A stretch of DNA of 63,968 nucleotides. It comes from a virus. The first letter of the stretch is position 1, and each line of letters begins with the position of its first letter. The translations under genes and the position numbers were made by a program. The DNA is taken from IMG/VR virus record IMGVR_UViG_3300043607_000016, positions 1-63,968 of that record. The stretch is one strand, 5' to 3'. The notes under the pieces were generated by a model. That model had not been told where the DNA came from. It was given only the letters and a program-made list of their open reading frames with translations, and did no database searches. Shown piece after piece: positions 1-8,983 of the stretch.

Positions 1-127
1 GGGCAACTGGCGACGAGCGGGGGGCCACCGCTGCTGACCATCCCGAAGCATGGGCCGCTTGCTCCTTCGTTTAGAAGGTGCTTCCACGCCGAGCCAGGGC
101 ATAAGCTCGTGACATTCGACTACAGGG
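1..127. repeat. Terminal overlap: nt 1-127 are identical to nt 63842-63968 (circular-contig closure)
   Basis: Base-by-base comparison of the first and last 127 nt. The repeat lies inside the polymerase ORF, which reads through it in frame. Confidence 0.95.
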
Positions 128-1851
128 GTTTCCATTCGCTGACTACTGGGTTTGAGGCAAATGACCCGGATTATATGAGACTCGCCCGCATCGACATCCA
201 TAGCTTCGTCACTGGACATTCGTTGAGACTACCGGGCCGAGAGAACTGGCTAAGCCTGCCTGATGAGGAATTGACACTGGTGCTTGCGGATATTAAGAAA
301 AAGCATAAGGCCATCCGTGACGGGCGGATCAAAAACTGCATTGCGGAGGGTCAGCTCGTACTCACCAACAAAGGTTTAATCCCGGTTGAAAGAATTAGTG
401 TGGAACACAGGCTTTGGGATGGTGTAGAATGGGTCACGCATGATGGCGTAGTCTATACCGGAGATCGGGAGGTCATAACCTATGGGGGGCTCACAGCTAC
501 TCAGAACCACGAAGTGTATACGCAATCAGGAAGGCAGATTCCTTTCGGGGAAGCGGCACGACTTTTGGAAAGGCTCGAAGTTACCGGAATTGGTAGGCAA
601 GAAGTACGGCAACGTGAAAGTTATATCTGCGGCGATCAAGCGTTCAGAGAGTGGGCATATCTACATCAAGGTTCAGTGTATCCATTGCAAAAAGAAGAAG
701 TGGATCTACAAAGACAGCCTCCTCAGTGGGCGCTCAACCGGGTGCTACACCTGCACAGTTTCTATTCCATTCTCAGGAGTGCTTGGAAACAGATACGATG
801 CGGCGATTCGGCGTTGCAACAATCCGCGAGATCGAAACTACAAACATTATGGGGGGCGTGGAATCAAAGTCCTGTTCCAATCCCGCAAACAGTATACAGA
901 ATGGGTTGTGAGGAACTTGCCGCATCCCAACTATCGTGGAGTGGAAATCGACAGGATAGACAACAATGGGCACTACGAGCCGGGGAATTTGAAACTGTCT
1001 ACCAGACGAGAGCAAATGTTGAACAAGCAGAATACCCTCAAGGTCTCGTGGATGGGGGAGACTATCATCGCTATGAACTTTCCGACTCCCTATACCTACA
1101 ACTGGACATCCAAGTTGGTAAAGAAGGGTCTGACTGGAGAACAAATTATCAAGGAGGCGATGGAATCGGTTCGTCTCAAACGCAAGAACTGGCGCGATCA
1201 CGAGGCACGCCTCAAAGAGTTAGGGTATATGACATCCTGAACGCTGGCCCTCGTCATCGCTTCACAGTTTCAGGAAAGCTCGTCGGCAATAGCACCCATG
1301 GGAGGCAGTTCGGACTCGGCCCGATGAAGTTTTTCGATATGAATCGGGAGAGCTTTAACAGCTTGAAAGAGGTGAAGGAGTTGTTTGCGTTGCTCGACGA
1401 TCTGTTCCCTCGGGTGTTCGTTGACTATCCAAAGCGAGTTAGAGATCAAGCGCATCGCTCGCACTATCTGCTTTCAAGGTATGGGTATATCCGCTGGTTC
1501 TGGGAAGTATATAAATACGACACGCGCAACGGGGGCTGGACGTTGGGCGAAGATGCGGAAGCGGCACTTAGCTTTTTTCCTTCGAACGATGCGTTTGGAA
1601 TGGCGAGAGACGCACTGCTTGACGTAAACCGAGCGGGGTCTGACCAGAAGTATGAGCTGGTCAATTATGTGCACGATGAGCTTGTGTTCCATTGCCCGGA
1701 GAGTTTGATTGAGGCTTGCGTGGCTGACATCAGACTAATCATGGAGAAGCCGAGCCAGAAGTTGAGGAGTCCGCTTGTACCGGATGGATTGATCTGCCAA
1801 GTTGATGCGGGGGTTGGGGGTGATCTAGCAAGTGTGGAGGGGATGGTATGA
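1..1851 (+). CDS. Family-A DNA polymerase, C-terminal part (continues 62018..63841 across the circular junction), interrupted by an intein at 337-1290
   Basis: Open in the phase of nt 1. Motifs: LATSGGPPLLTIPKH; VTFDYRGFHS (motif A); RDGRIKN / STHGRQFGLG (motif B, split by the intein); YVHDELVF (motif C). Stop TGA at 1849-1851. Confidence 0.85.
   Translation, partial: GQLATSGGPPLLTIPKHGPLAPSFRRCFHAEPGHKLVTFDYRGFHSLTTGFEANDPDYMRLARIDIHSFVTGHSLRLPGRENWLSLPDEELTLVLADIKKKHKAIRDGRIKNCIAEGQLVLTNKGLIPVERISVEHRLWDGVEWVTHDGVVYTGDREVITYGGLTATQNHEVYTQSGRQIPFGEAARLLERLEVTGIGRQEVRQRESYICGDQAFREWAYLHQGSVYPLQKEEVDLQRQPPQWALNRVLHLHSFYSILRSAWKQIRCGDSALQQSARSKLQTLWGAWNQSPVPIPQTVYRMGCEELAASQLSWSGNRQDRQQWALRAGEFETVYQTRANVEQAEYPQGLVDGGDYHRYELSDSLYLQLDIQVGKEGSDWRTNYQGGDGIGSSQTQELARSRGTPQRVRVYDILNAGPRHRFTVSGKLVGNSTHGRQFGLGPMKFFDMNRESFNSLKEVKELFALLDDLFPRVFVDYPKRVRDQAHRSHYLLSRYGYIRWFWEVYKYDTRNGGWTLGEDAEAALSFFPSNDAFGMARDALLDVNRAGSDQKYELVNYVHDELVFHCPESLIEACVADIRLIMEKPSQKLRSPLVPDGLICQVDAGVGGDLASVEGMV
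337..1290 (+). mobile_element. Intein (318 codons) inserted in PolA motif B
   Basis: Cys1 TGC at 337-339 follows ...IKN. CIAEGQLVLTNKGLIPVERI and LTATQNHEVYT look like N-terminal Hint blocks. VYDILNAGPRHRFTVSGKLVGN ends at 1290, with +1 Ser at 1291. Excision restores K-N-S-T-H-G-R-Q-F-G-L-G, which aligns with the T7 motif B K-T-F-I-Y-G-F-L-Y-G-A-G. Confidence 0.8.
482..1240 (+). CDS. HNH-family homing-endonuclease-like protein, encoded in the +1 phase inside the intein
   Basis: ATG 482 lies 9 nt after GGGAGG (467-472). Motifs: GKKYGNVKVI; CIHC...CYTC; RCNNPRDRNYKHYGGRGIKV; IDRIDNNGHYEPGNLKLSTRREQ, all typical of phage HNH-like endonucleases. Stop TGA at 1238-1240. Confidence 0.7.
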   Translation: MGGSQLLRTTKCIRNQEGRFLSGKRHDFWKGSKLPELVGKKYGNVKVISAAIKRSESGHIYIKVQCIHCKKKKWIYKDSLLSGRSTGCYTCTVSIPFSGVLGNRYDAAIRRCNNPRDRNYKHYGGRGIKVLFQSRKQYTEWVVRNLPHPNYRGVEIDRIDNNGHYEPGNLKLSTRREQMLNKQNTLKVSWMGETIIAMNFPTPYTYNWTSKLVKKGLTGEQIIKEAMESVRLKRKNWRDHEARLKELGYMTS

Positions 1852-2036
1852 TTGAAGATGATGATGGCAAACCTCTCAGTTTTTCTACTGAGGAATTGAT
1901 TTTAGCACAAGAGGCTGAGCAGCATGAGGGCGAGCAGAAGATTGACCCGAACGCCCTCTATGATCTGGAGGCAGTGAGACCTAGCTTTCGCGGCCAGCCT
2001 GGGTGGTTACCTCTGAAATTGAGGACAGATATATGA
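1848..2036 (+). CDS. Hypothetical protein (62 aa, acidic)
   Basis: ATGA overlap with the polymerase stop (1848-1851). Confidence 0.5.
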   Translation: MIEDDDGKPLSFSTEELILAQEAEQHEGEQKIDPNALYDLEAVRPSFRGQPGWLPLKLRTDI

Positions 2037-2260
2037 CTGTCTACCACCAGAATAGCCCACTAGGACAATTCCAATCCTACCTGGATTCTACAACCTGCCG
2101 CTGCCGAGATGACAAAAATCTAGGCAGACACCTCTGCTGGAAATGTTATCGAGCATTGCCTGAAGTATTGTCTAGAGAGTATGACTTCGCCCGTAGCGAC
2201 GAGGACCGAATGGAGGCATTCGATGATGCAAAAGACTGGCTTGAATCCAATGGACTTTGA
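2033..2260 (+). CDS. Hypothetical Cys-containing protein (75 aa)
   Basis: ATG 2033 follows GAGGA and forms an ATGA overlap with the upstream stop. CRC...CWKC motif. Confidence 0.5.
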   Translation: MTVYHQNSPLGQFQSYLDSTTCRCRDDKNLGRHLCWKCYRALPEVLSREYDFARSDEDRMEAFDDAKDWLESNGL

Positions 2261-2465
2261 TCCTGGCTCTAATGTCGATAGCAGTCATGAAAATCAAGGC
2301 AATCCTCGCCTTCGTAGCATGACAACCATGCAAGCTCGCACTCTCTGTCGGTCTGAATTATCTAATGACCCCGCCGCGATGGAGATGTATAAACGTTGGA
2401 CGGAGGATTTTGAAGATGGGTTGAGGTTAGCGCAGAGGGTTGGGTATGAGAAGAAGGAGAGGTAG
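2250..2465 (+). CDS. Hypothetical protein (71 aa)
   Basis: ATG 2250 overlaps the stop of the upstream ORF. Last gene of the plus-strand block. Confidence 0.4.
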   Translation: MDFDPGSNVDSSHENQGNPRLRSMTTMQARTLCRSELSNDPAAMEMYKRWTEDFEDGLRLAQRVGYEKKER

Positions 2466-2473
2466 CCTTTCTA

Positions 2474-5400
2474 CTATTGCTTGGCCTTCTTCGGCTGTGC
2501 CTGATATGTCTGCGTGCTGACTCCCACTATTTCAGGCGTCGCAAACAGCACACCCTTCCATTTGTCTTGTTGATAGGCATCCTCAAAATTCTTTAGCATC
2601 AGCTTGCCGGGGACTAGTAAACTCACTGGCCCGCTTGGAACTAAATTATGCTGATCCTGTGGACCTTTCGGAACCCCCACCCCGCCCGGATATGGCTTCC
2701 AGCCAAACGGTCGCCTGTGTGACTTGCCAGTCTTTGCATCCTGCTCGAAGTCCAGCGTATCCCCTGCGAGGTAATCCACCGCCTGACCCGGAACCGGGGC
2801 GAGCTTCCTACGCCCGAAGTCTGCGATGATCTCCAGCGGTGTCGCGCGTACCTTGCCGGTTTTATCTACCCAGAGCGGGCCACGTTTGAACATGAACCCC
2901 TTGTCCATATCCCTCTTCGCTTTTATTAATCTCGCAAAGAACCGAACCTCCTGCTGCATCCCCCCAGTCAGGTCGTAATGAGACTTTCCCACTCGCAGCT
3001 TTCCGAAATCTGGGTCGTCTGGGTCGTTGCTTGTCCCAATGTCCGTGATGCCATACTTTCCTGCGAGGTTGGCAACTTCCAGTGTGGCAATCACACTCCC
3101 AGTAAACACCATCATATCCTTCATCAGCATTGCGGCTGCGCGCGGTGAACGTATCGCAAGTTTCCCATACCAAAGCGGATTGAGAAGCTGTGCGCGGCTC
3201 TTGACCCACCTGGCCGAATTCAAAAACGGCCCCATCACTTTTGCGGTTGCGGGACTAATCGGCGACCGGCCGGTGAGCGTGTTGATAATTTCGCCTGCGC
3301 CCTGATACTCCCAGGGATGTGTTTCTGGTGTAGCTCCCATCTTCCTCAGTGCCCGGTCGTAAAACTTCGCAAGCGTCAGCCGTCCGTGGTTTCCAGCCAT
3401 CGAAAAAGCCTGATCCGACTGCCTCACGCCAGGGATGTACTTCTCTGCTAAATCTGACTGAAAGTAATCACTCGCGGACTCTATCCCGCTTGCCCCCTCT
3501 GCCCTTGCGATCGTGAAATCTACTCCCATCGCCTTCTTCGCGATGCCAAACATCGGGTCAGCTTGCAGGTCATCACTCATTGCTTGGTAGCCTTCTTTAG
3601 AACTGATGAAAGCCTTTGCAGCCTTGCCTAGAGTTTTTGTGGCTTTGATCGGATGGTTCCAAGCGTAGATCGCACCCTGCCGGCCGCTCCAGCTCAGATC
3701 AAACGCGAACCAAAGTGACTTCGGAAAGTTCCAGAGGTTATTTGTGATGCGGCCAGCCTTTCCAAGCTTATCTAAATTCTCAATTCGCTTCGCTTGTTTC
3801 TTCCGACGCTGCTTCAGATTCTCGCTAGCCTCGTCAATAATGTCCTGCCATTTCGGATCATCAGAGGACTCGGCCATCCGTTTCGCATCATTTAGCCTCT
3901 TCGCAGTAGACTGAATGCCCTTTGCCTCTCGAACCAGATCAACCTTTTCCTCGGTGGTGAGCTTGCGGCCTTTGCCCAGCGTGGACCCATCTAACACCTT
4001 TTGTGCGGCCTGCACTACCCTGCCCGGATGCATCTTCCCTAGTATCTGCACCGCCTGTACCGCCTGGCCATATCGCGTAAGTCGCACAGCCATGACATCC
4101 GCCACGTCCTGTGCCTTTGTCATCAGACGATCAGCTTCGATTCCGTTACCGTCGTCCAGCGCGGCGAGGGCCTGATCCTGTAGCTTATCTATAAGAAGCT
4201 GCCCGGTGGCAGTTTGCTCGGCGCCGATCACGTCAGACCCACGTAGCCATTCCACCGCGCCGTCCACGCCCTTCTCATCAAGCACCCCCTGTGCGATTTG
4301 CTCCGCCCGGTCAAGGGTTCTTAGATTAGATGACGGATTATAAAATCTCTCATCCCCGCCAAGCATTCCATGCTCTTCCAATGTTTGCGGCAGGTTGCGA
4401 GGCTTCTGACCCTCCGGGGCTTCCATCGCCTGCTTTAGGTAGCCTTGAGAGCGCGCCCAAATCTCAGACAGATGTGGCTTGATCTGATCCCCAAGGTCCT
4501 CGACCATGCGCGCTGACCACTCGGCGAATTTCATCCCTGCGCGGGTGATGTGCAGTGCGCCGATGGTTGCGTAATCGATGAGGTCTTCGCTAGAGAGGCC
4601 ACCAGAACCATACTCTTTTAGGGTGCCTTCTTTGACAGCCTTGGCTTTTGCGTCGAGGCGTGCGCGGGCATCGGCCGCAGCTTGCTCAAGCTTAGAGAGG
4701 ACTGTATTAGGGACTTCAGGCAGCTCGCCTAGCTTTGCTCGATCCATTGGCGCAGTCTTCCCCTTTAATGCCTCTTGTAGACTGGCATCCATCTCTGCCT
4801 GCGTGGCGATCTTCCCGGTTAGCGGTTCTGGCTCTCCAGTAACTCCCGCCCGCTCTCTTGCTCGGTTCATTGCGGTGCGTGAGGGATCGGTTGGGGCGGA
4901 TAGTGAGGTTGTGGGGTGGGGTTTAGAGTATTCAGGGACGGTAAGTCCGGCAGCTTTCATTGCGGCTGTTTCTCCGGGGCTCAGGATCACGCCTTGACGG
5001 ATTTTATCTTGGGCGTCGGCGATGGTTTGAGCGGGGTCGATTTCAGGCGTAGGCTTAGACCTTGGCGTAGGCGGTGCAGGCTTGACCGTCTTCGCTTCAA
5101 TGCTAGGTACGTCGCCGAACCCCTGCTCAATGGGCACGGCAGGCTTGACCTCCGTAGCAGGAGCGGCCTTCGCATCCTCTACAGCTTTTATTGCCGCATC
5201 CTTCAACGGCACCCCACCTTTCACCATCTTAAATATCTCAGGCGCGGCAAGCATGATCATCGACTGACTGAACCCCCTGATTTCCCCAGTTCCAAGTTGC
5301 TCGCCAGCCGTCGCCGCCATCGGCCCGAACATCGGGATCAGCGCGGCCATGAAATGCCCTGCAACCTCTGGGTCAGCCATAGCCCTTCTGCCGTCTGTAT

Positions 5401-6178
5401 AGCCCTTAGCCTGCGCAATCTCCATTGCCTTTTTGTATTGATCGGTCTGGGGCTCACCGTACAGCTTATAAAGCCCCTTCGCGCCCTCAGCTAGTCCCCT
5501 ACCCCCAACTAGCGGACCCATTCCAAGCACCTGCGCGGAGCCTTTCGCTGTGCCAATCGCCATATGGGCGAGAGGCTTTGCAATATCCATAACATAATCC
5601 GCAACCTGTGCGCGCGGGTCTTTTGGGGCAGCCTTTCCCTCGCCAACCACACTTGCTCTCAGTCCCCCTGTTTGATGGTTCCATAGCGGTGTATTCACTC
5701 CTACTGGCGGCTTCACATAATCCTTCCCCACCTCCCAGCCAGATGAGCGCAACGGGGCAACTAAGGTTTCAAACTGCTCGGGGGTTAGGGTGGAGAGTGC
5801 GCCAGATTTCTTCAGCACCTCGAACTGCGCCGCACGTTGGTCGGGATTGATGCCGCCCTGCATGGCTGGGGTAGGCTGGTTGGCCGGCCGCATTGCTACA
5901 GTCTTAGGTATGGAGATTTTCTGAGCAGGCGGCCTAGCAATACTATCTTCCTCACCCATCATTTTATCGAAATAGTTTTGTGTTTTAGGGATAGCCCTAG
6001 AGGTAGGCGCGTCTCCCAAAATCTTATCAAAGTAACTCTTAGATTTATTCTGTAACTGGCCTACAAGCTGATCGTGCTTTTGGATTGCTGAATCAAGGTG
6101 GGATTTTGCAGCCGCCGCTTCCTTCTCAGCCGTGCCCAATGGGTCGAGCAGATTATCAAAATACTTTTGTGGCTGCAT
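2474..6178 (-). CDS. Very large virion-associated protein (1234 aa), possibly an internal or ejection protein
   Basis: Long ORF that abuts the upstream gene stop at 6179, at the end of the structural block. No catalytic motif recognised. Confidence 0.6.
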   Translation of the reverse strand: MQPQKYFDNLLDPLGTAEKEAAAAKSHLDSAIQKHDQLVGQLQNKSKSYFDKILGDAPTSRAIPKTQNYFDKMMGEEDSIARPPAQKISIPKTVAMRPANQPTPAMQGGINPDQRAAQFEVLKKSGALSTLTPEQFETLVAPLRSSGWEVGKDYVKPPVGVNTPLWNHQTGGLRASVVGEGKAAPKDPRAQVADYVMDIAKPLAHMAIGTAKGSAQVLGMGPLVGGRGLAEGAKGLYKLYGEPQTDQYKKAMEIAQAKGYTDGRRAMADPEVAGHFMAALIPMFGPMAATAGEQLGTGEIRGFSQSMIMLAAPEIFKMVKGGVPLKDAAIKAVEDAKAAPATEVKPAVPIEQGFGDVPSIEAKTVKPAPPTPRSKPTPEIDPAQTIADAQDKIRQGVILSPGETAAMKAAGLTVPEYSKPHPTTSLSAPTDPSRTAMNRARERAGVTGEPEPLTGKIATQAEMDASLQEALKGKTAPMDRAKLGELPEVPNTVLSKLEQAAADARARLDAKAKAVKEGTLKEYGSGGLSSEDLIDYATIGALHITRAGMKFAEWSARMVEDLGDQIKPHLSEIWARSQGYLKQAMEAPEGQKPRNLPQTLEEHGMLGGDERFYNPSSNLRTLDRAEQIAQGVLDEKGVDGAVEWLRGSDVIGAEQTATGQLLIDKLQDQALAALDDGNGIEADRLMTKAQDVADVMAVRLTRYGQAVQAVQILGKMHPGRVVQAAQKVLDGSTLGKGRKLTTEEKVDLVREAKGIQSTAKRLNDAKRMAESSDDPKWQDIIDEASENLKQRRKKQAKRIENLDKLGKAGRITNNLWNFPKSLWFAFDLSWSGRQGAIYAWNHPIKATKTLGKAAKAFISSKEGYQAMSDDLQADPMFGIAKKAMGVDFTIARAEGASGIESASDYFQSDLAEKYIPGVRQSDQAFSMAGNHGRLTLAKFYDRALRKMGATPETHPWEYQGAGEIINTLTGRSPISPATAKVMGPFLNSARWVKSRAQLLNPLWYGKLAIRSPRAAAMLMKDMMVFTGSVIATLEVANLAGKYGITDIGTSNDPDDPDFGKLRVGKSHYDLTGGMQQEVRFFARLIKAKRDMDKGFMFKRGPLWVDKTGKVRATPLEIIADFGRRKLAPVPGQAVDYLAGDTLDFEQDAKTGKSHRRPFGWKPYPGGVGVPKGPQDQHNLVPSGPVSLLVPGKLMLKNFEDAYQQDKWKGVLFATPEIVGVSTQTYQAQPKKAKQ

Positions 6179-7456
6179 CTAGTCTTCAATTATTGTTAGC
6201 TTGCGCCGTTTGACCTCAGCATCAGCAGCGGCCTTTCCGAGGTCTTTGATCGCTTTGTTGTACTGACTGCGGGTGATGGTTGTTTTAGCGGCGGAAGTCT
6301 GTGACGTGGGCGCGGCTTTTACTCCTGGGATGTCCCCGAAGCCTCGTACGATCCCATCACCCTTCTGCCCACCCGGCACTTCTCCTTCCAGCCCCTTCAT
6401 CTCCATGTCAATCGCGTCGATCTCCTTCTTGCGATCCCACCAGAGATTATCTTGCGCCGCCCGCTCGCTAGGTTCTTTATTAACATCGGCACTGATTGCG
6501 GCGGCTTGGGTCATTGCCTGTGCTGCGGCTGCACGTCGTTGCCTTAGATTGGCGAATCGTTGGCTAAGCGCGGTAAGGCGAGTACGCTCCTCAGCATTAG
6601 TAATTGATCTAGCAGCTTGGACAGTACGTTGCTGTGCGTTGGCAAGCCATGCATCCGCGCGTTTATTATCCACTTCGATATCGGCAGTGCGAGCTTTCAT
6701 CAAATCGGTTCTAGCAATGTTCTGTTCGGTCTTGCCTGTATATCTATCAAGCACTTCCTGCCCTGACCTCGACGCGGCCTCGTCCTTTGGAATCCCTTTG
6801 CTGATCATCGCCTCTTCTAATCCCATCTGTTCCTTCATGGCTTGCGCACGAGCTTGGGCCGGGATTTTATATTGGATGTTATATTCGATGATCTTCTTAT
6901 GATTCTGATACCGTTGCTCAACCTCATCAGCCTTTGCTTTTGCCTTTGCTTCAGCCTCAGCCAATCGATACGGCCCTTGCGCTTCCCACATACCTTGTGC
7001 GCGTGCGTTGGCTTCCTGCCTGATGCGGTCCGTCTCAAATTCTAGCTGTTCGGGGGCCGTTCTGAATGCAGGTTTATGCGTGGGACCGTACATTGGCGCA
7101 GGCGTTCCGCCCTCCCCCATAACCTGCCTCGGCCGGGTCTGGTTTTCAAGTGGCGTATTCGGATCAATCGCCCTTTCACTTGCTGGGATCTCCGGGCCTT
7201 GTCCGAACATCTGCCCCACCATTGGCATCATCTCATCCAGCTTCTTACCCTTGGCTCCCATGATCTCGGCGAGATGGCGGAAGGCTTCGGTTTTGTCGCC
7301 CTGGAAGTCTGGGGACTTCATGCCCTCTATGATGAGATGGGTAAGGTTGTCGCGCTTCTGCTCTTCCTGCTGGTGCTTGCGCGCACGAGCGGCGTTAAAG
7401 GATTGAGCGAAACCGCTGAGTCCTTCACCGAGTCCAAATAGAGCTTCGTCACCCAT
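6179..7456 (-). CDS. Coiled-coil structural or internal protein (425 aa)
   Basis: Ala/Glu/Lys/Gln-rich heptad-like sequence (AEAEAKAKAKADE), contiguous with neighbouring virion genes. Confidence 0.6.
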   Translation of the reverse strand: MGDEALFGLGEGLSGFAQSFNAARARKHQQEEQKRDNLTHLIIEGMKSPDFQGDKTEAFRHLAEIMGAKGKKLDEMMPMVGQMFGQGPEIPASERAIDPNTPLENQTRPRQVMGEGGTPAPMYGPTHKPAFRTAPEQLEFETDRIRQEANARAQGMWEAQGPYRLAEAEAKAKAKADEVEQRYQNHKKIIEYNIQYKIPAQARAQAMKEQMGLEEAMISKGIPKDEAASRSGQEVLDRYTGKTEQNIARTDLMKARTADIEVDNKRADAWLANAQQRTVQAARSITNAEERTRLTALSQRFANLRQRRAAAAQAMTQAAAISADVNKEPSERAAQDNLWWDRKKEIDAIDMEMKGLEGEVPGGQKGDGIVRGFGDIPGVKAAPTSQTSAAKTTITRSQYNKAIKDLGKAAADAEVKRRKLTIIED

Positions 7457-7545
7457 GCTGTAACCTAGAATCTAACGCCTAGAACCTCGGCAACCCACTC
7501 CTATCAGGCGTTGCAGGTGGCAGTGAACTTCCACCCCCGCCCCAA

Positions 7546-8118
7546 TCAAAGCCCCCCAAGAAACCCGCCCGCAGCAGAGCCAATCCCACTAAAGAGACTG
7601 CCCCATGCAGCGGACCTCCTTGCCCTCTCCTGCGCGATCTGCTGTGCAAGATTAGAATATTGATTGCCCTGGGAGTTATACGCCCCAGTTGCCGCTCCGA
7701 AGTTCGAGGTTCCTGCGCCGGTCATGATGCTGCCGATGTTGGTTAACGCTCCAGCCGCCAGTGGCCTTGCTTTTAGATAGGCATCACCGATGGTGGATGC
7801 GCGTTGGGTTTCGAGGTTGGCGAGTTCCCCAGCCTGTCCGCCGCCGCGGGGACCGAATTCCGCCGTGTTGCGTTTAGCTGAGTCAAACTGCCGGCCGATG
7901 TTACCAAGCTCGGGGCCTAGAGCCTCGGTCATCGCGGTACGGTCACCGGAGACGAGCGGCTTCAGATAGTCGATGACCATCTTGAGGGATTTATATCCGC
8001 TTTTACTATCCTTCTTGCCGAATGCCCCGGCAGTATCAGCTACGCCGCCAAGATTGGAAGCCACGTTTTCCTGTTGGGGTTGATAGGCGGGCTTGGATGA
8101 TCCGAATACTCCAGACAT
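7546..8118 (-). CDS. Gly/Ala-rich structural protein (190 aa)
   Basis: ORF in the virion block with Gly-rich termini. Confidence 0.55.
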   Translation of the reverse strand: MSGVFGSSKPAYQPQQENVASNLGGVADTAGAFGKKDSKSGYKSLKMVIDYLKPLVSGDRTAMTEALGPELGNIGRQFDSAKRNTAEFGPRGGGQAGELANLETQRASTIGDAYLKARPLAAGALTNIGSIMTGAGTSNFGAATGAYNSQGNQYSNLAQQIAQERARRSAAWGSLFSGIGSAAGGFLGGL

Positions 8119-8121
8119 GTC

Positions 8122-8553
8122 TTAGTCCTCCATGTCCGCCACAGCAGCTAGTGCTCTCGGTCTGTTCATCTCGCTCACATCCTTGCCCCAAATCTCACCT
8201 TTGATCCGCATGAACCCCAGCCCCTTCGCAGCGGCCGCAGCCTGTTGATTTTCGGCAACGATTAACACCCCAGCAATTGGCGTATCAGGGTCGATCAACT
8301 CTTCAAGGATTGCTGCCGGGGTTCTGGGGTCGAACTTGCCGCGCACGTCCTCACGGTCCCATGCGGGCTCGGCGTGCAGGATCGGTTGCAGTACACGAAC
8401 AGAAACGACCTCATCGTTTAGCTCGCCGATTACCACGAAAGCTACCTCGGGTTGGGGCAGTCGCCAATTATTCTGGGCGAAGATCGAAGCGATCAAATCC
8501 CACTCAGATTCGGGCAGAAGACGAAAGGTGATTTCTGGATTAAGGTTTGACAT
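8122..8553 (-). CDS. Hypothetical protein, possibly a GNAT-fold acetyltransferase
   Basis: The C-terminal ...IVAENQQAAAAAKGLGFMRI resembles the GNAT C-terminal motif. This is a weak call. Confidence 0.3.
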   Translation of the reverse strand: MSNLNPEITFRLLPESEWDLIASIFAQNNWRLPQPEVAFVVIGELNDEVVSVRVLQPILHAEPAWDREDVRGKFDPRTPAAILEELIDPDTPIAGVLIVAENQQAAAAAKGLGFMRIKGEIWGKDVSEMNRPRALAAVADMED

Positions 8554-8564
8554 AAGGTTTTTGA

Positions 8565-8936
8565 CTAGGGATCAATGCTGAGGTTCACAGCGCAATCGTC
8601 GGTATCAACTGCGACCCACTTATTGCCAAGACTAACAGGTGATGGCATGTTGCCAGTACCTCCCCAAAAGCGGGCCTCCCCGCCTAACAGTTTCTTCTCA
8701 TAGGCTGGGGGGCTGGTGCTTGGTGCAAGCGTGCCGTCGCCAATAAATAGATTCCCGGGTCCGTCATCATTTGTAATCTCAAGCTTGCTCACATTCTTGC
8801 TTATTCCTGTTGAGGGCTTCCACCCCGAGGGGTAGGTAACACCCGACATGGTAAGAGAGGTAAGAATTGTGAAAACGTTATACTTCATTGGAACAGCCGC
8901 AACGGTGGCCTTTAGAGTAACGCGTGTGCCCGCCAT
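8565..8936 (-). CDS. Hypothetical structural protein (123 aa)
   Basis: ORF packed between tail-region genes. Confidence 0.5.
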   Translation of the reverse strand: MAGTRVTLKATVAAVPMKYNVFTILTSLTMSGVTYPSGWKPSTGISKNVSKLEITNDDGPGNLFIGDGTLAPSTSPPAYEKKLLGGEARFWGGTGNMPSPVSLGNKWVAVDTDDCAVNLSIDP

Positions 8937-8983
8937 GATCTTATCCTCCTATCCCCAATAACCCCTACTCTACACCCAGAACC

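Noticed and set aside
1-127. The terminal 127-nt direct repeat as a genuine DTR or LTR of the phage genome
   Set aside because: It lies inside the DNA polymerase ORF, which reads through it in frame. It behaves like an assembler overlap on a circular contig. The true termini would need read-start analysis.
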